64,000 nt of DNA from Bigelowiella natans CCMP2755 (lineage: Eukaryota > Protista > Cercozoa): assembly GCA_000320545.1 (NCBI GenBank), contig ADNK01003243.1, positions 3,723 to 67,722 of the forward strand, read 5' to 3'. The position numbers were made by a program, and so were the translations under genes. Positions 1 to 19,300 of the stretch are shown here, piece after piece; positions within the stretch are counted from its first letter, which is position 1; each line of letters opens with the position of its first letter. The notes beneath the pieces are model-generated. The model did not search any database, was not told the DNA's origin, and worked only from the letters and a program-made list of their open reading frames with translations.

Positions 1-404
1 CGGTAATTGTCTCCTTGCGACAACAAAATGGCACTTGTGCTTGCTATTGAGCGCAAGCTAACATCCGAAGCCAAGTCGTATAGCCCAGTTTAAGGTATCT
101 GACTTATTGCAATATATTGAAAATATCTTTTTGAAATATTGTCGCAACATAATTTCCCCATTTAACTTGAATTTGTCTTCATATGATTGGCCGACCATTG
201 CTCTGAAAAGATCTGCTCAACAGTGCATCGGAAAAAAAAAAGTTTTCAATATTTGCGACATGCTATTTTCGTTGGCACAGTAGAAAATTCGGTTGCATTT
301 TATCTTTTTCTATTTTTTGCATGGAGAAATCGTAGATCGCTGCCCCCTGCTTGCCTGCCCCTCAACGGAATCTGAAGTGAATTCGCACTGGCAATTACGA
401 AGCC

Positions 405-1836
405 ATGATCGTGCGGGCTCGAGGCACTGCAGAATGGGACCATAAAGACATCGAATGGGCACAATTAGATAAGACCAAGATGCTGGGCTCACAGACTGCA
501 ATGGTATCTTGTTTCCCACTAAAATGCTGTTGTCGTTTTTGTATCTGAGTTTGTGCGCAAATTGCAGGCGGTAGGCCTACGTGGGATGTTATATCCAAAT
601 AGCGTTATAAAAACACACGTCCAGACAAACGTGTTGACTGGTACAACAAAGGAGGTGGCGAGGACTATTATTGAAAGGTACAATTGAGCAACTATTTGTC
701 CGCAGCGAAAACAGACGAAAACAGATTAGTTTACTTCTTTTGAATGATCTCACTCATACTGTCATTACGACAGGAACGGACTTCGCGGCCTATGGCGCGG
801 GTTTTTCACATGTCAAGTTGGAATTATCCCCGCTCATTCGGTGTATGTGACTGCTCTGGAATGCAGCAAACAGTATATAAAGCAGCACCTGGCAATACAG
901 AAAGGTGTTGGATCCAGAAGAGCGACGCAACTGAGTTCTTTCATGGGGGGAGCTGCTGCCTCTCTGTGTGCAGCTGTAGTACGAACACCTACGGTAATAC
1001 ACCAAAAAACTTGAATATTTGTCTTGAGAAACTACACCTGACACCTCATCATCAGAACTTCTCATCGTTTCTGTTATCCCCTCCTCTAGGATATAATAGC
1101 TCAACGATTAATGATTCAAGGAACGAAGGGGGCTTCGACGGCATACAGCAATGGGTTTCACGCCTTTCGAACAATTCTGAAAACTGAGGGGATCCGTGGA
1201 CTTTATGCAGGGCTGGGCGCTGCTGTCCTTGTTTCAGTACCGTTCTCGGCTACTTTTTGGGGGAGTTACTCTTCTCTAAAGTTCTATATTGGCCATAGTA
1301 TGTCTGGACTCGCCTCGACTGTAGAAGAAAGAAGAAGAAGAAAGCAAAATAATTTGAGCAATCTAAGTAATAGCAGAAGTAGCAATAGTAGTAGAAATAT
1401 GATGCCAGCTGCGGCTCAAGCAGAAGCTGCTGAGAATCAGCTTGCCACTGCCATAAATGCATCTACTGCCTCATCGGAAAATGATGAAATTAGCAAAGGG
1501 ATATTGTCCAAAGCTCCTTTCGGAATGTGGGAAGCCTTAGTATTTTCGAGTGCTGCGTTTCTCTCAGCAAGCTTGGCAGTTGCTGTAACAAACCCCATTG
1601 ACCTGGTGAAAACTAGAATCCAAACAAAAGCCAAGACCGGACGAACAGCAGAAGGCGGGAGGCTTGCTCAAAGCGGTGCTGGCATCCGGCAGCATCTATG
1701 GAGTATAGTGCGGTATGAGGGTTGGTGGAGTCTGACAAAAGGATTTAGTTCAAGAGTATTAACAACAGGACCATTCTCGATTCTAGGGATACTGGTGTAT
1801 GAGGGCACAAAGCACATGAGTCGAAAAAGTCTTTGA
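405..1836 (+). CDS. SLC25A44: Mitochondrial carrier family protein, SLC25A44-like (multi-exon)
   Basis: Exon 1 from ATG 405 reads MIVRARGTAEWDHKDIEWAQLDKTKM; the IEWxxLDKxK N-terminus is typical of SLC25A44. The next exon has MLYPNSVIKTHVQ. ORF 1111-1836 has EGIRGLYAG, the carrier signature NPIDLVKTRIQ (PxDxxKxRxQ) and EGWWSLTKG. GT-AG introns lie between the pieces. Confidence 0.85.
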
Positions 1837-2633
1837 CGATGATGGTGGTGAACAATAATTATTCACATATCGATTCCGATTCCTTTAGTTTTAGGTAGTA
1901 GACTGCTTAGATATCAATTTTGTGCATATTGCAGGAATCAAAATGAACCAACCATTTAGATGTCATTCAACAGGGAAAATAATGAATTCGGATGCTAAAT
2001 TTGTAGAATCGTATTGTGATGAAAGCGAAAGCTTTTACTAATGTTAGTACGATGCACTAGTGCACATAGCGCAATGTAACTATAAGAGCGCAATGTCTGC
2101 TAGTGTGTGCATTGCAGTGTGCTACTCGACAACAATAATAAATGATAACTACTCGGCTTCTTATTATTTCGTAGCCCTTCGCAGTATACAACACATCTCG
2201 GGGTATGTGTCCGTCAACGCATGCCAAAGTAAAATTATGCGTTCACATAGACGCTAATAATATATGTGCACCTAACACAACGCAAACGTAGCAATTAATG
2301 ACTGTTTTTACATGCTGTGCCTGCAACTGCATGACGCGCGCGCACAACCCTGCTGCTCAATATTATTATTAGTGCCACATGCACGTCACATGTCATTAGT
2401 ATCGTGAAGAGCAGCATATGTAGCATGGATGTCTTGCATGTACTGTTTAGTGTTGATCGATGAAGTATGTAGGTGAATGCTAGGCTCGCTTCGGCTCGTG
2501 CAGAATACGATTTGTAGTGACGCGCGGTGCATGTGTAGCACACGCGTAGTCGTATGTCATCCGATGACTTCAATCCGGCACACTGCGCCGCGTGGTACTT
2601 CATTGTAAGTCAAAATGTACTCTGTATCTTAGT

Positions 2634-2638
<5 letters not shown>

Positions 2639-2731
<93 letters not shown>

Positions 2732-2741
2732 TTATAAATTT

Positions 2742-2772
<31 letters not shown>
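2639..2772. repeat. Compound microsatellite (CT)n(CA)n(TA)n...(TG)n
   Basis: Read directly from the sequence. Confidence 0.95.
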
Positions 2773-2776
<4 letters not shown>

Positions 2777-2828
2777 TATTTTTATGTATTTCAAATTAAC
2801 GTAAGACACTCACTGCACTAAATCAGGT

Positions 2829-3755
2829 TTAATCCCTAGAAATTTCCTGGGCCTCCCTTTTTTTTTCCTTTCCATCTTCGTTGATATTCTCGCCTTTACT
2901 TTCTTGGCTGCTGACACTTGAAGGCAGTGTGTTGTTCTGATGCTCCACGCCTACGATGAACAAATCCCAAATTACTTCAATGCACACCTACCACCCACCA
3001 CCACTTATCCATACGAACAACCAAAAACTCGCTCTATATCCTTCAATAACAATGCAAATGGAAGAAACATTTATCTATCGCAAGGAGAAAGACAAGATAT
3101 CAGTGTATAGCGTCTTTAATAATGGGCACACGTAAATGTTCAATAGAAAACACAGTGTCGTCCGTCACAAGGTAGGTAGGTTCTTGAAATAATTATTACC
3201 AATATTAAAAGTATGGCCAACCACACCAGAATTATCCTTCTCTGAAGGAAACACCCAACCTTGGTAGGTAGGAGGGTGGATGAGTAAGTTATTGGGAAGA
3301 AGAAGGAGAGTCAACGCAAATAACATCAACGTTATTGTAAAAAACACATATTTGAAGAGCAAATGATGCTATTCAAAGTAGAAGAGGTAGAGAAGAGTAG
3401 CTGCAGCAACACAAATTCTACTACTCTTTTCACCTTACTACTACAACAACTACTACTATTACTACTACTTACTACTAGTACTTCCACTAATACTGCTACC
3501 TACAAAGTAGTATACTACCTAACAATGATCCGAGAATAGGTGTCTTTCGTGCTAGAGCAATAGGGTGATATCTGAAGACATATAATTACTGTTATTATTA
3601 GTATCACTATTTATGAAACAACACTTGATAATGACCAATATTAACATCTCATACATATTTTTCACAAAATGAAGGAGCAGGAACTATTACGCAGTAGTCG
3701 TGTGCTCTTCCAATTTTCGCTCGGCTTCTTGGATTCCTTTTTGACAACAAATTGG

Positions 3756-3814
<59 letters not shown>

Positions 3815-3847
3815 GACAAAGTATAAACTTGGTAAAAATAAAAAATG

Positions 3848-3882
<35 letters not shown>

Positions 3883-4207
3883 GTGTGTGTATAAATAGTC
3901 TTTTAATGTCCTGAATCAGGATCATGATCTAATCGTTATCATCGCGATCAACACTAGTCTGATACTCTTTTGTTTATCCATAATAACCAACATATCTAAT
4001 TAATGCAAAAGGCCCACCGCCATCACATATCCATCATCATTATCACCATCACCATCATCATTCTATCATAATAATTGCCACCCAATGTTATGCTCTCTGA
4101 TAGAGCATCCATCACGTCCTGATGAAGATGATCAACACAGAAGGGGAAGAAAATCGATGTTAGGATGTTGTTATGATTGGAAAAACGCTAAATATTGCAA
4201 ACACATT

Positions 4208-4242
<35 letters not shown>

Positions 4243-4656
4243 TACTCTTGCATCTAAATAACCCTCTTACTTACTACCTGAGGCAATTCCATATTTGTTG
4301 CAACATCAACTATCATCTTCGACGTTCAAGACATAGAAGAGGAGGAAAAGGAGGAGGAAAATGAGGAGGAAAAGGAGGAGGGAAAAACCATATTATGATA
4401 ATAATAACAATGATATTAGTATCGACGACCATGTGGTCGTCTCCACAGAGGCGAACAACTTGCAGCATAACAACTTAGGTGGTGGTGGTGGTGTGTGTGT
4501 GTGTGTGTATGTCTTAGCATCATCATTGTATTATTAAAGGAATTGATGGATAGATGAGAACTTCTTCTATCTACTACCTCTAAGACTGATTTCAACTCTG
4601 AAGGTCCAATAGAGACACTCAATACGATGCAAGGAGACGACGAAGAAGATGATGAG

Positions 4657-4687
<31 letters not shown>

Positions 4688-5601
4688 ACGTTGCAATCGA
4701 TTGGTGAGTACTACGAGTAGCACTCTTATTATCATTCTTTCTTTCACGGTAATGGTGTCTCGGTGATTCTCCGCCTCCTACTCCTTGCACTTCTTCCCCT
4801 ATTGTACTGCTGCTACCGTCATTATTATTTCTTGTTGTTGATGTTGTAATGTTACTACTATGGCTATTGGTTTTATCGGATAAACTATTTGTATCTGCGG
4901 CCATAGTCGTGCTGCTGCTGTACAAAGGAGGAGGATGAGCACCGCTGTTGCTGCTGCCATTACTACCACTACCACTACTGCTACCATTGCTGCTACTATT
5001 GTTATTATTATTGTTATTATTATTATTATTATTATCATTTCCATAATGATATCCTAGAGAGAATCTTTCAGAATTCTTCAATTCCAGCAACTGAGTAGTA
5101 GTTGTAGTGATAGTCGTATGAGTAGCAGTAAGTAGTAGCAGCATCATTCGGAAGAGGAGGAAGAAGAAAAAGGAAGAATGAGAAGGAGATGATGCTAATT
5201 GGTGGTGGTGCTACTACGGCTACTATATGAAAACTCACCCGAGCTAACGTCATATTTAATGATTCTAGCACGCTAATCGGCATCTTGTAAGGCGGAACAT
5301 ACCTTCAACAACAACAACAACAACATATAATTATTATCTGCGTTATGATTAGAATTCATTCAGATGATCTTACACAGAGTCGTGCTTAGCGACTCTTTCT
5401 TGCACAAATTATTGTTGAGGAGCTATTATTATTATTGACCTCACAGCTCCAATACCAACGAACCTTGAAAATGATGACAACAACCACACAACAATATTTT
5501 AATTTAGCTGCTTCTTAGTGGATACTGAGGCATCATTATCATCATATCTTTCTACCCCATTTTTCTCTCCTCCTCCCCCTCCTCCTCCTCCTCCTCCTCC
5601 C

Positions 5602-5637
<36 letters not shown>

Positions 5638-6028
5638 TACTATTATTCATCACACCCATGGACTTGTGAAGGCGTGATTAGCTCCAAATTGGGAAACGCA
5701 TTGATATCCTTCACCAGCCTCTCTCCTGCTCAATCAACACGCGATGACGATAATGACGACGAAGACGAAAAATGTACGCAGCAGCTGTGAGGGACACCAT
5801 CATCATATAATAAGAGTGAGGAGGAGGATCATTAGTAACAGTACGTAAACAAATGATGTGAGTAGTACTTGTGGATGCTGCGAGCATAAGAGACGTCATC
5901 TGTGGTCCGTCCAATAAGGAAATATAATGTAAGAATAACAATGTAAGACAGCAGCTTTTGCCGTTTAAGCACCACTGCTACTCTCGTCTTCTAAGTTTCT
6001 TCTGAAGCAATACTAAAAATACTAGTGT

Positions 6029-6060
<32 letters not shown>

Positions 6061-8193
6061 TTACACCACCATTATCTTCATCCTCGCAACTGCTTGGTCA
6101 ATACGATATATTGTCGGGTGAAACTCATGATCATCTAGACATGTCTGCCCCCCTCCATTTTCTCTTCCTCCTCCTCCTCCAATACGTAGTAGTTCCCCTT
6201 TTTGTTCTGTCGTCGCTTGAATCATAGCTGCTGTTGGTGTGCTTCTTGCGCCGTTAAGATTATTTGATTTCACTCTGCCTCCTCTTTCTCCTACCCCTAA
6301 TATAATGAAATGCCATCGTCATCATCATCATTATATCATCATTATTATCATCATCACTATCATCAACATCTCCACGATACTACTCCCACAGCCATCTCTC
6401 ACAATCACCTTCCTGCTGCTGTTGTTGCTGCTGTTTTTGCTCAGATTCCTCCTTAATTTATGAAATAAAACTGATGGTAAGATATGCGCTAGCTGGCTAA
6501 GACAATGGGAATGCATGATGCTGATGATGACAATATTATTTATCCTTATGTGATTGCCGTGGAATGTCTCTCGCAATGTTATGATTCTCACTAGTTTGTT
6601 GTTTTATTATTAAAATAATGATGATGTTACCACCTTTGCCTCCGCCTCCCCACCCGAAGCAAAGGGATTGAAGAATATGCCTAATGGTTATCATTAAAAT
6701 TGTTAAAAAATAATAATCGTGATTTTTATCGCCGAGCGTGACACTGATGACTCAACGTCTACAAGGCAGGAAAAGAAAGAGAAGTTTATTCGTATTTTGA
6801 ATCAATCATTAAAGAGACCAACACCAACCAATGATCATATATTTCTTTCTTAAATAAAGGGGGATGATTTATATTGTTCTTCTCATACCAGTAACATTAT
6901 CGTGGCTTGCAAGGTTGAAGTTGGAGTCTAACCCCTCCCTTGTTAAATTCTGATGAATCCATTCTTGCAAACTATTGACTGTGAGATTGAACGATGAAAG
7001 ATCGAGAGCACCACCACCACTACCACCACCACCACCCATTGCAGTAGTAGTAGTAGTAGTAGTAGTAGTAGCAGGTTCCCTTATCCGGAAAATGACGATG
7101 TGTGGCTGTCTCATTCCAGGACCTACTTCGGCATTTAGCCATTTACTCTCTCTTTTCATACACTTCCGCAAGTGATCTTTTTAAGTAATAAGCAGCAGGA
7201 AACAGAGAAAGGACACATACATACCACACAAATGCAACGTAATAATTCAAATCATTTATAAGGATAGGGCAGTACAACAAACAACTGTGGGATGTTTAAC
7301 AGATTGCGTGACTCATTCTAATTTTGCACTTTGTAAGTAAGACTTTTGCGAGTGATGATTTAGTAGTCATTCAATATTTTCATCATTATATTGCTCGTGT
7401 CGTAAATACTTCAATTGAACTATTCACGAAGACACCACATACACCACACACACACACACACACACACATGAATAACTCATAATTCATCATAATCATCCAT
7501 CAATATCTCATCATCATCATCATCATTTTCATCATCATTACTACTATTACTACTACTACTACTACCGCAAAGGGTGAGGTGAAGCTCAACGTGTTTACTT
7601 ATCGAACACAAATCGGTCATCTGCGTCTGTTGCCATAGAACTGCAGTAGGCGTCAGTTTCTGGCTTTTTTCAGGAGGGGGGGGTGGAGGCACAAAGTTTG
7701 CTCTCATCAGAGCAAGACCAAGGTTAATTGATGTGCCTAGATTGAACCATTTCATTGGTTGCGCAACAATGATATCAGCAAGATTCAATATATCTCTGAA
7801 CCAAACACCACTTCTCAATTGGGAAGTAGTAGCAGAGGCACATAGCAACAAGCAGGAGCCCTCTAGTATCAACGTGATGGAGTGCTTGTCACAGATTCTT
7901 CTCAGAGCTTTAATATTATCACATTGATAGGCTATGCTCCCCTCTCTTGCGCCAACACAGGCTACTAGTGCACATGGAAGTCTCCCTGCACTCTTATCTG
8001 CCACTATCTGCTGCTCTACTCTCTCCAAATCGATCTCAAAACTATTGAAAAGCAAGCTGCTGCTGTTCCTTCTCACTGCTAGTGTATCAGCCGTTTTCTG
8101 ATCTCGGTAGTCATTGCTGCTGCTGGTGGTGGTGGTGCGGGTGGTGGTAGTGCTGGTGGTGGTAGTGCTGGTGGTGGTCGCGTTGTTGCCTAG

Positions 8194-8242
<49 letters not shown>

Positions 8243-8933
8243 GTGTGTGTGTGTTGTGTGTGTGCATTATCTATATGTACAGCATTTTCATTCTGTCTGT
8301 TAGAAGAAAGAGAGTAGCAGGTCTCTATTATTACACACCCCTAGTGATAGTAGTAGCAGTATTAGCAGTAGCACAGTCTTGATCATTGTGCACTGCTCTT
8401 ACTTCAACAAACTCGAAGCATCGAACTGGCAACATAAGGTTCCACGCTAGTACAGAGCGTGTGCTGCTACTGTGTGCAAGATGGCTTCCTTGGCTGAAAT
8501 AGAAAACTGGGGGGCGACGGCAGCTGCTTGCGCCTACTTGCGCAAGAGAAGGATATGCCCTGTGCATTGCTGACCGAAGTGCGAACAGTTCCGCCTCATC
8601 TTCAGATGCAGTTATATGCACATCCATTTCCTCCTCATCTATTTGAAAGAGGGTGGAGAGCTTCGAGGTAATGAATGTTTCCATGTATCTTTCAACAGGG
8701 ATTACTTGACTAGGATGAAACTTCTCAGATAGATACGAAGACATTATCTTAATTAGCTGAGCATGTTTGGTCATTGGAGACGCAACATGGGCCTTGAACT
8801 CGTTCGACTCCATGACACGGTTAAAGTAATTAAGAACAGGGTCAATCAGTTCCTTGTCATCGCTGCTTGAGATCTGTGCACTGAGTAGCTTGGACATAGC
8901 CTTCAGGTTCGCCTCGATGTCTTCAAAACTCAT
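2829..8933 (-). CDS. PDXDC1: Pyridoxal-dependent decarboxylase domain-containing protein (PDXDC1-like), many exons
   Basis: ORFs 8331-8933 and 7477-8076 give the group II decarboxylase core (IDLERVEQQIVADKSAGRLPCALVACVG...DNIKALRRICDKHSITLILEG...ADIIVAQPMKW). The 3' exons read QKGIQEAERKLEE (~3700), ARKTPILGSLL (~3530) and GWVFPSEK...GHTFNI (~3200-3260), matching the PDXDC1 C-terminal GIQEA..LRQIPVVGSVLNWFSP..GRTFNL block. The last exon ends EAQEISRD* at 2829. Confidence 0.8.
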
Positions 8934-9589
8934 AGTAGATCGAATTGTAGATCTAATCTAAAAAGTTACGACCAGCTTAACTGTTGTAACAACACATGGA
9001 TATTCAAGTTATTTTGTTGTTGTTTTAACTTTAACCGAGTGATCATTCAGGAAGCATTGAGATATGCAGGAAGATTGTTGTTGTGCGCTACTGACTGGTC
9101 TCCGACGATGACTTGTCCATCAGAAAACAGTATTATCATAGTGTTCGGTAGTGGTGATTAGTTCTGTAGCTATTTGGCTGATAAGGATGTACCTTTCCTC
9201 CTCCTCGTTGTATGATTATAGATGATGAGGAAGCTGTGCTGATGATGAATGCACGGAAAGACCAATGATGATGACGACGATGAGCGTAGTTTTTAATGCA
9301 AAAATATAGGTCAGAAGTATTATCGATAAAATAGTGACCATTTGTCGTTATTCCTTGGTATATAAACAACAATAATATATCCAAACTAAAAGGACGATCG
9401 ATCAACGATAAAGTACCAAGCCAAATACATTCAAAAAAATGGGTCCTTTCCCGAAGTGATTCGATAATGTTCTGGATTAGTAATTTCCGGCTGTAATTAT
9501 TGTCCAAATCGACTTAGGTGTTTCATCATCATCATATATCTTAACTGACGTCTCATCCCACCCCCCCCTTGCTCCAAATTGGGCACAAC

Positions 9590-15322
<5,733 letters not shown>

Positions 15323-15944
15323 TTAAGTAGTAATTGGGCATGAAATGTGTGAATGTCGAACTTGCAGTACCGATCTTAATAACTCGTAAATGACAGTGCT
15401 TTGTGGGTAATTACACTTAATTAACACGACGTGGAGACCATCAAGTTCGCTTATTATTGTCATTGTGATAGGAAATCCCACGCTAACAAAGCTGCATGCA
15501 ACATTTCTAGATTTATTAAATGTCGAGTCTCGTTCTTATTACAATGTCACACATGGTAGCAATGCACAATAGTGCATGCCAGCAACTAGACCACACTGGT
15601 TGCATGCTCTACGAAAGTGCACGAAAGCATAGCTCATGTATACATATGGTCTGAAAAGCAAATAGAAAGAAGCAGCAGTCGACGTTTTGTTGCTATGATG
15701 GCTTGAAACGCTCTAGCGCTGGCTGTCTAGCTGTGTGCGCCGCGCGGTGTCATCGATCGATGCTAAGTGCTATGACGACTAGGGAAGTATTGCCGGATAG
15801 ACTTCAAGTAGCATTGTATAGAGAACAGAAATCATCACGTCAGGGCGCACTACTTTTAGCTACTAAATTAAGGCGTTTGTAGCTATTTAACTCAGCTAGT
15901 CAGCAAGACTGGATTCTGAAGACTTTGCGTATTCGTATGTACAC

Positions 15945-15991
<47 letters not shown>

Positions 15992-16367
15992 AGCGCAACA
16001 GCACATGTATGGAACGCACATTTTGACATTTTACAAATGCAGCTAGCTCTATCGATTAGTCTAGCTAGCTATGGGTGGCTAATCAAAAATTTACTGTAAT
16101 CGTTGGTCTTATATCCTGTGAGCTCCTACATCTAGACATGTGTGTGTTTGTGCGTGTGCATACTTGAATATTCATGCTGCACATTTAATTTACAATCTCT
16201 TGGTACATTGGTGAACCGTTCAGTACAGTAGCAGTGAAACACTCTAATGCTAGAACATCTGGAGTATCCCTTTCAGGATAACAAGTACAGACTAGAACTC
16301 ACTGAACGCTATTTACACGTTACATGCGATCTCACATGCTGGGTATTGTCTAAATCTAATGATTTTC

Positions 16368-19300
16368 CTAGCCTTGATTTGTGGATCTATTATTCCGCTC
16401 TTTGCGCGAGTTTGTGAAATCCTTCAGCAACTCTTTAAGTTGGGTGATCTGATTAAGATATTTCCCCTTTTCAGCTTGGAATTGGCCTCTTTGTTGGATG
16501 ATCTGTTCTTTTATTCTCATAATTGCTTTTTCGTATTTCTCAAAACGTTTGTCCCTCGAGTAATGCTCATTGTTACTGTCCGCCGTCGTATGAAGCAGTC
16601 GTCGCGTTCCCTTTGGAAAATCCTGCGGTTTCTGTTCCTCTTCCTGTTGCGCATTATTTTCTATTGCAGCTGTTACAAGTTTTTTCACAAGTTGCTGCTG
16701 TTCTTCGAAAAGGCGGTCAAATGTTGTCTGCAATGTTTGAATCATCGTGGACTTACTAGACAACAACTCTGGTTTCTCTAGCACCTTTAAGATATTGTTG
16801 AGTACCGCATCAGAGGAGGATGAGGAGGAAAATCCAATACCGTATGATGATGATGATTGAGTGGCATTTCTAATCAAAGCCTCCTTTACGTCTTCCTCAG
16901 CTACAGCACTAGCTCGTAAAATATCGCTTAGCTCAGATTCCGAGAAATTCATTTTGGTAGCAATGACTGACATCTCGGAGGCAAGTGAATTATTTCCGTC
17001 ACCCCCATTCTCTTTCTGTTGCTGATGCCGCTGCTGTCTTTGGATTTTTTTCTTCTCTTTGACATCCTTCAAGCCCTGAGATAAGTGATCTAACAAATCG
17101 CACACTGAACGAGACATGAAGCTTAAAAGTCCCAGAATACCATCAGCTATTTCCTTTCGTAGAGAATTTGCGTGCGCCTTGTCCTTTTCTCTTAGCTTAG
17201 CTGAGGTCAAGTCTTTTTGTTTCCGAAGATCCACGCGTGCAGACAAGAGCATGCTCTCTAAGCTCTCAGCTTTACTGCGGAATTTAGCAAGATCTGCTTC
17301 CATGTCGACAAGCTTCTGCTTGGTCCGATCGTATAAGGTACGAGTGCGTTTGTTATCGTTTCTTAGCTGGGTTATCCTTAGCTCAAGTTGATAGACTTTA
17401 GTTACATCCACCTGCTTACTCTCCATTTCTTTCTCCGCTGTAGCCAGCTTATCACGTAGAGAAGCAATCGTTTGCCTTGACCTCAGCAGTCGTGCAGTTG
17501 TTGACTGAGCTTTAGCTTGTAGATTTATTCTTGCCTGGGCATTTTCTTGATCCATGTTTACTGCAGCATTCAGTCGCTGCCGAAGAGTCTGAACAAGCTT
17601 TTCACGAATAGCAAGTAACTTGTTGGCCTTTTGCAGTTTTAGCTTACACGCTTGATGTTCCCTTTCTGCGCGTGCTGCTTTGGAAGCTGTACGCTTGACT
17701 TCAAGCTTTAGGGATCGGACTGCAGATACTCTTTTAGAAATCTCATCTCTAGCTTGCCGTGCTGCTGCTTTTGAATCTTTGACCGCATTCTCCATTGCTT
17801 CCCAATCAGCCTCGTTTCTCAGTGCAGAATGTAGTTTTTCCAATTGTTTTGCATGTTTCTCTTCAAGAACCTGCATTTGTTTCGTCACTGCGCTTGCATT
17901 TTCTCTAGCTTCCTCCCAATTGGCTTTTAGTTGTGTGTTTGCTGTTGAATGTTTCTTGATTGTTTCTTCAAGTTCTTCCACTCGTCCTGCAGAAAACTTC
18001 AATTGTTTTTCCAAATCTGAAATTTTGGTTTGCAAGCTTGCATTCCTGGCCTCGAGAACGCTACTTTGCCTGTATTCTTTGGAGGAAGAGAATGCCATCT
18101 CAGTTGCATCTGCTGTCACTGCTGCGACCACAGCAGCAGCAGCAGCTGGAGAAGAATTAGCACTCCCATGCATGCTTCGATTCTTCTCGTTTTGCTCTGT
18201 AGCGATACGGAGGGCATTCTCAAGGCGTTTGTTCCTAGATTTGAGTTTCTTCATTGTTAACTTGATCGCAGCTAGCTTCCCTTGCTGTTTGGCAATCTCA
18301 CTGGTCATCTGAACTAAGTTACTTGCAAGAGCTTTTCTCCTTGCAGCATAATTTTTGTCTTTTGTGCTATTATTGACACTGTCGTTGATATTACTTGCCC
18401 CCCCCCCTGTAGCAGCTTTAGTCAGCTTGCCAGGTTTTCTTTCCACTGTCAATCCTGCTCCAAATAACAGCTCTTCGTTATTCGATAGATCCTTCAGCTT
18501 TCTTCTTAAGGTTGCGCATTCGACACTATGACGCTCACTTAGAGAATCTTGTGTGTTTTTGTAGCCTTGGAATTCATGCTTCAGTCGGTCAAAATCTTCA
18601 CGAGAGTCTTTGATCTCTTTGATGTATTGTGCAGCAATGTTTTGTAGCTTTTGGTCCAGCAGTACTCTCTCCCTATTCAACACACTTCGTTCCTTCTCAA
18701 GTTGAGTTTCAAGGTCCTTATTATACTTATGCTCAAGATCCCGTGTTGCCTCCACAATTTCTTCCTTGTGTTTCATCTCAGCTCTTTCTTTTTCCCTTCT
18801 GTGGGTATCCTCTAGCACTCTGATGTTGTGGTAAATTATTAACATCAATTAATTGATGATATTCGAAGACAAACTACTAGTACTACTACAAATACTACTA
18901 ATAGATCCGTGGTATTTAAAACAAGTTGCTGAGAGGTTTGTCAGTACTCGATTATACAAAATAATTTACACACCTTTTTTGTTTCTGAATTTCCTCTCTT
19001 TCTGATTTGAGAGCAAGGTCGTGACGACGTTGCATGTCAGCCATCATTTTCTCAAACATTGCTGCTTGTCTCTGGGATTGGGCTAAAAGCGATGCCTCAG
19101 CTCTTTCAACAGTTTCAAAAGCTTCCTTCTTCACAGCAACTTGCTGCTGCTGTACATCTTTTAACTCCACGAGTTGTCTGGAAAGACGCTCATTCTCTTT
19201 GCATTCGTTTTCGAGCTTCCCCTCAACGACTGCAAGAGCTTCAGCGGCCTCTTTTCTCCTTCGCTCCAAGTCATCTTGTACCTTTTGTGCCGTCTTCACT

